Shown here: positions 1-10,326 of the stretch, in pieces
Position numbering within the stretch: position 1 is the first letter of the stretch
Layout: every line of letters starts with the position of its first letter
Assembly (NCBI GenBank): GCA_040285855.1
Contig: JAUFOQ010000001.1
Location: forward strand, 3,534,001 to 3,598,000
Length of the DNA stretch: 64,000 bases
Source: Eukaryota sp. GEM-RC1
Lineage: Eukaryota
Reading direction: 5' to 3'
Notes under the pieces: generated by a model
Database searches by the model: none
The model's input: the letters and a program-made list of their open reading frames with translations, nothing else
Told to the model about the DNA's origin: nothing
Translations under genes and position numbers: made by a program

Positions 1-700
1 ATGTTAAGAAGATATGGATACCAAATATTTCTTGTTGATGAATACAGAACAAGCAAGTGTTGTTCCAAATGTGCTGAGGAAAAATCAACTTTCGTAGAAT
101 GTGAAAATGTTTCAGAACTAAAGGTTCTTGGTCCCAAAGGTAAGAGACAGCTAAGAAGGACGAAGAGAAATTTAAGAAGAGAAATTTTGCTCGAAAACAA
201 ACAAGATCCTCTAAACCAACGGGATTTTGGAAGCAGAGTGGGAGGTGAAGCAGAAGTCATTGGAAGAAGAAGCTAAATCCACACCCTGGGGACTGGTAAG
301 GTGCTCAGATGCTGAGTGTGGTACTTATTGGAATAGAGACCTAAATTCTGCCATTAATATCTATTCCATCATTGAAGCAACGATCAATGGTCAAGGTAGG
401 CCATCCGCTCTCGAGAGATCTAAAACTCAAACAACAGATCTCGAGAGTGGTAAGGATACTTTGGCGAGAGACCAGAAGGAGAAGACTGTGACCAAGAAGG
501 AGAAAACTTCAACAGGAAAGAAGAAGACTGTGACCGGAAAGAACAAAACTTCAACAGGAAAGAAGAAAACATGTGGAAATTGTGGCCAAGAAGGTCATAA
601 CAAAAGGTCATGCAAGAATCCACCAAAAGAAATGAGTTCGCCTAAAAGAAGAAGCGTAATGTCAGTCCAGCAGACGAATGTCTCTCGTAAAGAACTTTAG
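1..700 (+). CDS. Fanzor (eukaryotic TnpB-like RNA-guided endonuclease), C-terminal part; runs off the window start; one frameshift near 225
   Basis: RuvC-II VDEYRTSKCCSKC, second zinc pair and RuvC-III WGLVRCSDAECGTYWNRDLNSAINI. The two ORFs join if one T is removed from GATTTTGG. C-terminal K/T-rich repeats and CGNCGQEGHNKRSC knuckle. Confidence 0.9.
480..570 (+). repeat. 42-bp tandem repeat (about 2 copies) encoding KKTVTxKxKTSTGK in the Fanzor tail
   Basis: gaagactgtgacc...aaaacttcaacaggaaagaa repeated. Confidence 0.85.
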
Positions 701-835
701 TGTACTCTTAACAGTACGCAGCGAAGTGGGCTTAGCTCACTGAGTGTCTGTGGTTTCGATACTCTAATCAAAATGAAAATTAACAAAGTTGTGTACTTTG
801 GGAATACTAGTATCCATTTGAGTTGAGAACCACAG
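672..835 (+). ncRNA. Candidate Fanzor omegaRNA scaffold
   Basis: Consecutive hairpins: gtact/agtac (702-717), agtgggc/gctcact (725-741), gagtgtc/gatactc (742-764), caaagt/actttg (784-800), palindrome at 801-815. Segment 748-756 (ctgtggttt) is complementary to 827-835 (gaaccacag). Lies directly 3' of the Fanzor ORF. Confidence 0.65.
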
Positions 836-856
836 TAGTGAAAATGTATCAAGTTA

Positions 857-1357
857 ATGATAAAGTTAGAAACAATGTCTTCCACTAAATTAAATGGCCA
901 GCTCTTATTAGCTTGGGGTTCTGAAACTGGAACTGTGGATCAAGCCCAAGACGATTTATGCGATCGACTTCGTCCTCTTGGAGTTGACGTCTTGTCTAAA
1001 GAACTAAACGACGTCACAGCTGATGACATTAGAGAAGCCAACCTAACCTTAATTTTGGTGTCCTCAGCTTCTGGAGGTGAAGTACCAGGAAATGCCGAGG
1101 ATTTCTTGTCTGAAATGCAGGACTTAGCTGCTTCTGATCCGAAAGCTCTTGAAGGTGTTAGATTTGTTCTGTTTGGATTTGGTGATCGAACATATGACGA
1201 TACTTTCCAGTTTGGACCTCTCTCGATTTGGAAGGTTATGAATGATTTGGGAGCTTCTCCAGTAATGGAAAGAGGTGTTGGAGATGCAAATGATGATGAT
1301 GGTATTGAAGGCACTTTTGATCCTTTTGTTGAAGAGTTTATAGAAAAGTTTTTGTAA
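857..1357 (+). CDS. Stand-alone flavodoxin (FMN-binding); start may be the ATG at 875
   Basis: WGSETGT P-loop, VSSASGGEVPGNA, VLFGFGDRTYDDTF motifs. Confidence 0.9.
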   Translation: MIKLETMSSTKLNGQLLLAWGSETGTVDQAQDDLCDRLRPLGVDVLSKELNDVTADDIREANLTLILVSSASGGEVPGNAEDFLSEMQDLAASDPKALEGVRFVLFGFGDRTYDDTFQFGPLSIWKVMNDLGASPVMERGVGDANDDDGIEGTFDPFVEEFIEKFL

Positions 1358-1389
1358 TTATGATTGAGCTGCTCTGTATAAAATAATTG

Positions 1390-1855
1390 TGATTTCTCTG
1401 TTATGATTGAAGCTTTGTTTAGAAAAATCAGACAAAGAACATCAGTTTAGAACACAAATCTACTCAATACAGATACATTAAATTACAAAAAGCTTTTTGT
1501 GCATAAAGGAGTAAAAAATTGTTTTTTGGGATCATAAAAGCTCTTGAGATAATAGCAGCACACTTTTTAAACACATTTGAATCAACTTGTTTGATCAAAA
1601 GTTAATGTTCAGATTTTCTTGACAATGGCATCAAACAGAACATTTTGGTAACATGAATTAGAACTCAGTAGGGTTAATCATATAGAAAATAGATCGACAA
1701 TGGATATTGTAGTAGTTTTTAGTTCGATTTTGAACCATCTCTTTGCATTGAGACATGAGTTTTAGTCTAAAACTTCTAGATTATGTAGAGCTAATGGTAT
1801 CTTTTGTAAATATTGATGATAGTCTATATTTGTCTGACTAAACAAAGGTTGTTCT
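1390..1855. mobile_element. Two short 3'-end remnants of CRE-like non-LTR elements (about 1390-1655 minus; about 1665-1855 plus)
   Basis: The minus piece reads FKKCAAIISRAF, like FKTVPLIISKAL at 27970. The plus piece matches the 3' end at 7680-7810 (ttcgattttgaacc..tctttgcattgag). Confidence 0.55.
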
Positions 1856-1879
1856 AATTATGGCATATAATTACATCCA

Positions 1880-4072
1880 ATGCTTCACTTAACTTGCTCA
1901 ATCTGTGAATTGGTCTTTAACAAAGCTTCCACGCTACCATGTGGACACTATTTTTGTTTCTCATGCATAACTCATTGGTTAAAACTCAATCAAAAATGTC
2001 CAATCTGTCATCGACACGCTACTATCAATAGTGTTGTTTCGTGCCACGCTCTTAGTGACGATGCTGATAGCCTTGGGGGAAGTGCCGCCGTTTTACTTGA
2101 AGTCCCATTTGAAGACCTCAATTTCAACCTCAACGATGAGTTGGGTAGTGGAATCAGCGGGGCTGTTTATCTCTGTGAATGGGCTGACACCAATGTTGCT
2201 CTGAAACTCGTGCGCAAAGCTGATCAGAATGAAGCAAGACTCTTACAGGAAGTTTCCCACATGGCCTCTCTGTCTCATCCTTTTGTCCTTCGAGTGTTTG
2301 GTATAACCAGACTACGCAAGTATATTGGTATCTTGATGGAACTTGGTTCTGGACATTTACAAGTTCCAACATCTCTTTCCTCCACCACCCTTGCTCAAGC
2401 TATTGATATATGTAACGCTGTAAAGTACTTGCATTCCAAGGAAATTATACACCATGACATTAAGCCCCAAAATGTCATTACAGTGAACTCACAGGTCAAA
2501 CTCGCCGATTTTGGTTCTTCACGGACCAAGTACAACTATACATCCACGCTCCAAGTAACTCCGAAGTACACTCCTCCAGAAGCTTTTAAGAAAATCTATG
2601 GACCAGCTTTCGACGTTTATAGTCTTGGAATATTGTTTTATGAAATGTTTACGAATAGACTTGTCTTTGAAGGTATGTCAGTTTTTGAAGTAGTTGAGGC
2701 TAAACAAAAGAACATTTATTGAGCTTTCCTGATGGTTTTCCTGTGCCAATTTTAACCTTGATTAACAAATGTCTCTCAGTTAATCCTAGTGAAAGACCTT
2801 CTATTAATGATTTACTGAAAGAGTTGAAAGAAATTCAAGGAACCGTTGAAGTCTTTGATTTGAACAATTCTCTAGATAATGATCTTGAATTAGAGAAAAG
2901 TAATGATGAATTAGATTTTGAAGGTTACCAAGAAGCTGCAGAACGAGGTGATGTTAAAGCCATGTTTAATCTTGGTTATTCTTACGCAATTGGAAAAGGA
3001 ATTCATCAAGATCACGCAGAAGCCGTTTACTGGTTTCAGAAGGCTGCAGATTTGGGCAACTCTGATGCCATGTTTAATCTTGGTCTCTGTTACTACAATG
3101 GACAAGGAATCGAAAGTGATCAATCAAAAGCCGTTTACTGGTATCAAAAAGCAGCCAGTTTGGGCATGTTTGGTGCCATGTTTAATCTTGGTCTCTGTTA
3201 CTACAATGGAAAAGGAATCGAAAAAGATCAATCAAAAGCCGTTTACTGGTATCAAAAGGCTGCAGATTTGGGTGACTCCGGAGCTATGACCAACCTTGGT
3301 GTTTGTTATGAAAATGGACAAGGAATCCGAAAAGACCAATTAAAAGCTGTCTACTGGTATCAAAAAGCTGCAGATTTGGGTCACTCTGGCGCCATGGCTA
3401 ATCTTGGTGTTTGTTATGAAAACGGACAAGGAATCCGAAAAGAACAATCAAAAGCTGTGTCCTGGTATCAAAAAGCTGCAGATTTAGGCAACTCTAGTGC
3501 TATGAACAATCTCGGTTTTTGTTTCCAAAAATGGACAAGGAATCCAAAAAGACCACCCAAAAGCTGTGTACTGGTATCAAAAGGCTGCAGATTTGGGTCA
3601 CCCTGGTGCCATGCTTAATCTTGGTGTTTGTTACCAAACTGGACAAGGAATCCAAAAGGACCAATCAAAAGCTGTGCATTGGTATCAAAAAGCGGCAGAT
3701 TTGGGTCACCCTGGTGCCATTCTTAATCTTGGTGTTCTTTACCAAACTGGACAAGGAATCCAAAAGGACCAATCAAAAGCTGTGCATTGGTATCAAAAAG
3801 CGGCAGATTTGGGTCACACTGGTGCCATGTTTAATCTTGGTGTTATTTACAATTTTGGAGAAGGAATCCAAGAAGACCATTCAAAAGCTGTGCATTGGTA
3901 TCAAAAAGCTGCCTATCTGGGCCATTCTGGTGCTATGTTTAATCTTGGTGTCTGTTACGAAAATGGACAAGGAATCCGAAAACACCAATCAAACGCTGTG
4001 TATTGGTATCAAAAGGCGGCAGATTTGGGTAACTCTGATGCTCAAAAACAACTACAAAGAACATTAGGATGA
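1880..4072 (+). CDS. RING finger - protein kinase - Sel1-like repeat protein (frameshifts near 2715 and 3530)
   Basis: C3HC4 RING (CSIC..CGHYFCFSC..CPIC). Kinase motifs LGSGISGAVY, VALK, HHDIKPQN, DFG, YTPPE. About 10 36-aa Sel1 repeats (AMFNLG.CY.NG.GI.KD.SKAV.WYQKAADLG). Confidence 0.92.
2950..4040 (+). repeat. 108-bp Sel1 coding tandem repeats, about 10 copies
   Basis: tggtatcaaaa(a/g)gc(t/g)gcagatttggg recurs with a 108-bp period. Confidence 0.9.
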
Positions 4073-5384
4073 CATTAATCTTTAATGATTCAATAAATTA
4101 TGTACACTGTAATTTTTCATAGACTAATGATAATATCCTTATAAACCAAGCACATGTTCACTCGTTAAAGACGTTGAGTCAAAAGCTTCATACACTTCCG
4201 CTCAGATTCTACCATCCTGTGCGGGTCTAGTTATCGCTATTTCAAAAAACCTTTGTACGACTTCTTTGAAAGATTTGGCTTTGTAAGTGAACATTTCTTC
4301 ACAGTTAGTTGCATGGAAACCAACACTTCCTCACTAGCATCTTCTCAAGTTCCACGTCTTAGCGCCATTGCTTCTTTCTTTTATGATAAGTTACCTTCAA
4401 TTCACCTCCATGAGAAAACTATTATTGATTTGAGTGCCATTCTTCCCTTTACTTGATCCATTTTTTGATTATCGTGGGGTTTTTGCATTTCTTTCAAAAA
4501 TGTCTATTCTCTGAGGAGTCGGTTGCCAGTTTACCTGAGTTTTAATCCAGGTCAACACTATCATGACTTCCAATGACCTCAGGCTCTGTAAGTTGTCATA
4601 GGATATTATTTTAAATACATTTGGTGGTATTTCAGTCAGGTCAAGTCTAACTGATAAACTTGTTTCTCCAATCAAATTTGATTGGAAATAAAGGAGCGTT
4701 GGCATTGAATGAAGCTTCAGAAGTTAATGCTACCAGTAAAGAGATTAATCTTCGTAATATCGGACTGATTTCCAGACTCAAGCTGGTTCTAATAGGAAGC
4801 CACGTGATCGATTGAGATATTTATTTCGGTAGTATCAATAGAAGTTATTGAATCGGGAATATTGTGAACGAAATGGTTGATGGACAAAAGATTGTACATG
4901 AAAAATTCATTTTGGTAATGCAGTAAAGCAGCTCAACAACGAGACTAGGGACTGGCAACAATTTACTGGTATTGCAATAAATCGGTATTGGTGATCGTTT
5001 TTTTTGTTATTGCAACCCACTTTGCAAATTGCAATATTGTTCCAATTAGCAATAACGCTTTGTTGTAAAATGTGTCCACTGTTCGAAGATTAATTGTTTC
5101 AGATTTCTTACATTGTTAAAAAGCTTCATACTTTGAAGGAGTTTGTGCCTTATATATTTGACCAAAAGGTAGACAGAAATAAGCTAGATCTTAGTGCTGA
5201 ACTGAACTCTTTTTCTGTGATTGAAGGTGTTTTGTTGCAGTTTGTATTCGAAGTTCACCAAGTCTGAGTCAATAAAGTTAAATACTTGAGGAAGTTTGAT
5301 CTCAACTCATGTAACTTTCATAGGTGTTTTTGACGCTTTTGTTTTCCAATATATTAAGGGAAACTCTAACGGAAGAAAGAACTT

Positions 5385-5645
5385 AGGCCAAAAACACACA
5401 GAATTAGGTGATGAACTTGTAATGACTGCGTTGGGTGTTTGTCACCACAATGGAGAAGGAATCCAAAAGGATCACTCAAATGCTGCGTTCCTGTATCAAA
5501 AGGCTGCCAATTTGGGTCGCTAAGATGCCATGTATAATGTCGGTATTTGTTACCATATTGGAGAAGGAATTCAAGAACACCAATCAAAAGCTGTACTGGT
5601 ATCAAATGGTTGCTGATTTGGGTGACTCTGATGCTCTTAAATAGC
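5385..5645 (+). pseudogene. Degenerate Sel1-repeat fragment
   Basis: ALGVCHHNGEGIQKDHSNAAFLYQKAANLG followed by a stop and a frameshift. Confidence 0.75.
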
Positions 5646-7059
5646 TGGAACCACTTTAATATGATCAAATTAATTGAAAACAGTTTAACTTTATGTACTA
5701 GTATAAGTTCTTTAAAAAATCTATCACAACAAACATCAGTCAAATGATGAACCGAGTTCAAACCAGTATTCGAAATTTCCCACGTGGTCTTTAAAACACA
5801 CCGTGTCGGGGTTAACACGCGTGTCCACACGGTGTCTTTGTTGTGTCTTTTTGGGTGTTTTTTGAAAAACAGTTTCTGATCAACTACTAGTATGCAGATT
5901 TTGATTATAAAAACGTTGTTTTGGGCCAATTGTTGCCTTTATTTAACATCTCATTACTGAATCTTGGATTAAGTGGTTCTGTTGAATTGAATTGAGAGCG
6001 CATTATGTCAGAATGTTGGACACTTTTTGCTGACATTGGAGTCTACTGTCGTATACCATATAGAAAGGCATTCAAGGCAAACAGTAGTGAGGGATATAGA
6101 GATATATTTTAGTTCCAAAAGCATGTCTTTTTAGCAATCATCACGTAAACATGTGGTACCTGTTTGAAAAAGTCCTGTCCAAACGTTAACACACGTCTCT
6201 GCGAACAGCGCACCAAATACCATATCTGTATCACAAGTGAAAATTATAATTAATGATGTAAGGAATCATCTCAATGATCATGCGATAGGAAAACAAATTT
6301 CTTTTTATTATAAAAGCATAATATAAGAGTAGTCAAATTGTTATCATATTTCGACATTACAATATTGGCGACATTACGGAATTGCCACAGTTTAGTTCAT
6401 TTTGTAAGAATTACATCTAGAAGTGGTATGAAAGAGTCACGACATCAACAGGTTTAATAAAAACCCTAAACTATATTCAAGTCTCAGCAGTGACAAAAAT
6501 GACACTTGTGGGTTCAATTTGTCAATCAAATAATGTTCATCAGACTACGAGGGTTCCAACTAACGAGGTGTTAGTAGACTTACAAATGATGTGATTGAGT
6601 GATTTGATGAGTGATTTGATAGAGGTATTTAGAGGTCGTTGGTGGATGTCCATTCACTTATAGTCAATTTATTTAGAATGTAAAACGACGATCAGCAGAT
6701 GATCTTCATACACAAAAAAGGACCCCCATCACATTATTCTTAGTTAATTGAAGAACGCCCGATGACGACTCAAATAATTTGCCAAAATTTTGTTAAACGA
6801 TGAGGAGTGTGAGAAATTCCAGCATAACAACTTGGGACTTATTTATAGACTTATTTATAGACCTTTTTTTACATAATTAGTGTCATGAAAAATCTGTCGT
6901 GAAAGCTTGGACTTTAAAAATCGTATTGGCTTGGCTAAAATTCAGAGTGCCGCTTTTTTTCATTTTTTGAATGAAATTTAAAATTCTAGTGATGTTGTTT
7001 CTACGGTGATTACTCGATATCCTTGAAGATTTAGTTTCAACTTATAAGACATTGAATGG

Positions 7060-7810
7060 ATTATCAATATTCTTTTGAGGTTAGGTTAATGAGCTGTTGT
7101 TCTCCTTCAGAAGTCTGCCTTTGTGTGTTCTTCTTTAGCCTATAATTTTAGTAGAAAAACAAATCTTTAGCCTCTTTCCATCACGTGATCAACTGGCAAA
7201 TGTTTATTCCTTTAAGATCAATTGTTCACCACAGTTTACGTGATCAATGTTTAGAATTGTTTAAAAGCAATGGTTTTCATTGGAAAATCGAACCGGTTCT
7301 AAATACTTGGTCTGACTCAATTATGAGAAATAAGAGCAGAGGTGATTTGATTGGTCCTTAGTTGTCCTCTAAAAAATAATTATGGACTTTACTACGGTTG
7401 ATCCTTGTAAGTCAACTTTTGTTAACAAAATTTTGGACGAAAACTATTCAGGTCTTGAAACTGCTGAAAGGAAACAAAATGGGTCTATGACGAATTAATT
7501 ACCGCCATAGATTCTCGCCGACACAACCCGTTTGTTTTCCATTCTTTTGATTTTTCTCTTTTTTCAACGTTTGGTTGCATCTGTCAATAATTTTAACAGA
7601 TTTTAGGAAATTTTGTAAGCAGTATGGAAAGATTTTTAATGAAAGTTACTACAGAGACGGTCGTCACTTTTCCCCTTTTGAAGTATTTTGATTCGATTTT
7701 GAACCGTATCTTTGCATTGAGCCATGAATTTGAGATGTTATAGAGGTATCTGTATCTCATTTGTTATTATTGATGATTGTTTGTATTTGGGTGAGTAAAT
7801 AAAAGGCGTT
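7060..7810 (+). mobile_element. Degenerate 5'-truncated CRE-like non-LTR retrotransposon (RLE endonuclease region)
   Basis: RSIVHHSLRDQ..FKSNGFHWKIEP and RGDLI motifs, homologous to 27117-28090 and 30440-30875. Confidence 0.7.
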
Positions 7811-10326
7811 TTTCGAATGCTCTGTTGATTCGTAATGACTCTTTGAAAAAGAGATCACCTCTGTAAAGTAAAACTTCAACTTTTCTAAATGATGAACATG
7901 AGAACATTCATAGCAGGTTAAAACAACTCATTAAAATATTTTTCACCAATATTTGTGTCTATTAGTGAGTTTAGTGTTTCTCAGATTTTATCAAAAATAT
8001 TAGGTTTTTCAATTAATCGACATACGCTATCCTTAATTTATGTGTCTGTTTTAATGAAGAAACACGTTACTGTTACTGCTTATGTTTTTGGTAAAACAAT
8101 ATCAATCTGTTTGGTCTCAAATTTACTATTTGCATTTCATAGTCTGTTGGTAAAAATTGTCGGTTCCGCCAGACTTTTCGTACCTTAGCATCGGAATAAG
8201 CAGAATAATAGGAAATGTCTTTACATGGTTCATGTATCCACTTCTACATTTTTAAACCTTATGCAACAATTCAGCAACATCTTCATTATTTTTGGATTCT
8301 ATAAATATAACAGCATCCACACAATGCATTTTCTGACAGAATCACCACAAAGCGAGTAATTAAGAGAGATCGCAAGTGAAAGACTAGCTCTTACTTGTTT
8401 TTATGCTGAGATTTATTTTCAAAAGAACACAGCTGAAAATTGTGTGACAAACGAGACAGATTGTAAGCGAGTTACAGAACGACAAAGTCAAATGTATACT
8501 CAAAGGATAAGGCCTGCAATCCGAATTGATCCGAATTTGCTACCATATAAAGGTATTCCAAGGCTAAAATAGGAGAAGATATCATTGTCTTATAACATGT
8601 TGTCATGTCGTAATTTGACTCTAACAACTATCTTAAGCATTCCTCCTAGTTCAATCTTACTTATCCGATGAGTAATTCAAAAACCAATTGAAAATTCATC
8701 AAATCAATCTAACTCAAATTATAGATTTTGTTTATTTTAAATAATCAAATAATGTTCCACATAAAGATATCCAGGGCTATAAAGATAAGGCAGTTACACA
8801 TTGAGAAGTCTGACATCATTTATGATGTTAGAATGACACATGAAGAGCTAGCTACGAAGAAAACACGTTAAAAACACGTTACCTGAGATGGGTGAAGGAA
8901 CATCATTCCAGAAACAGGGGGCGTTAACAACACAACTGGAATATGAAATCTCCCACCAAAGCCAGAATTTCAAAGGAGGAATCAGATGAAAACGTTTCGG
9001 CAAAAGCGTTTGATGAAAACGGTATCGAATTAGTGAACAACAAAGAAAGTCAAGAAAGAGAATGGTCCATGTGGATGCCTACAAGTTGATGAATAGAATT
9101 CCAGCAACTGAGACCCTGTAAGTAATGATTTGATGTTCTTAAAAATGGTAAGAGAATCGATGTGGTTGCTTTTGATAGGGAATCACGGCAACCGCAATGT
9201 TTTATTATACACACGTACAAGTATATAAAGATGTACAGAACCTCAAAGAATACAAATCAAATCGATGGAGTTTTCCATCCCATCAATTCCACTGCAATGT
9301 AGAGAAAGGTTAATGTAAGGCACAAGGAGAAACAAAGGACACGTAGTTAAAAGTAGGAAGTAGAGATTGTGTGTGAACAGCAGAACAATTGGAGTATTTG
9401 AGTAGTGACAACTTCTTCCTGTTTCCACCTGCTTTTTCTTTGCCTCTTAGCTTTGCTTCTCGTTGGATCACCCTAGTATGGGCGCGCAACCCTATTTCGT
9501 CAAGGTGATTCTCTACCTTTGAATTTTCTTCTATTTTGCTCTTCAGTTGTTCTGTTCCTCTTATTAAATGATCACGTGATCTCCCATGGTCTGAAACATT
9601 CTTTGCCACGTCACAATCTGTGATTCTTCCCGATTCACTGCTTCATCTCTCTTTCAATCTCGTTTACATTCCTTACATTCTCTCTACTGGTTTATGAAAG
9701 AATCAGAGCAAAATCTTAACAGTTTCGGCCAGGTCCATGGTTCGGTCAAGATTTTGTTGAAGTTGTCCTGTATTCCTCGCTATCACGTCATCATCAATTA
9801 GGTATTTCCAGCTCAGAGAGGAATTGGTCATCGCAATTGAGTGTGAGTTTTAATTGTTCCAGGTTAATGTAATCTTTCTCCTTGTATCAATTATCTTTTT
9901 AAATGGTTCTACTCAGTGGAGGAAGGAATTTTCACTACTCAGAATCTTTTTTTCTTTTTCTTTTCTAACCCAAACCAGGCTTAATAAAGAAAAAGGGAAA
10001 CATTTGAATTCACCTTTAAAGCCTCAGCAATTGTTATAGTGCTTGAATCATCTATTAAGTTGTAACCTAGATAATTTGTAGAAACCTCTGTTCCAACCTT
10101 CTGATCGTACAAATCTATCAATGCTAACTTTTTAATAGTGATTCTTTACTAAAAGAAAAATTAAAATAAGAAAAAACACTAGTGTCAATTAAAGTTCCAA
10201 AGAATTGATGATTAACATGCTTAGATATTAGTATAAAGATGATGTTGGAGTAGCTCAGCAACCACAGCTTTACCTCTCTTGGTATGTTGAATTACATAGC
10301 TCCAACAGTAAGCCATAACTACAGGA

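Noticed and set aside
4946..5060. Solo TIR-like ends (also near 20580, 30388 and 60565)
   Set aside because: No partner TIR or TSD found, so element limits cannot be supported.
5990..10080. Scattered RING, LRR and membrane-protein traces (also at about 4680-4760 and 36720-36920)
   Set aside because: Short stop-ridden debris with no definable gene boundaries.
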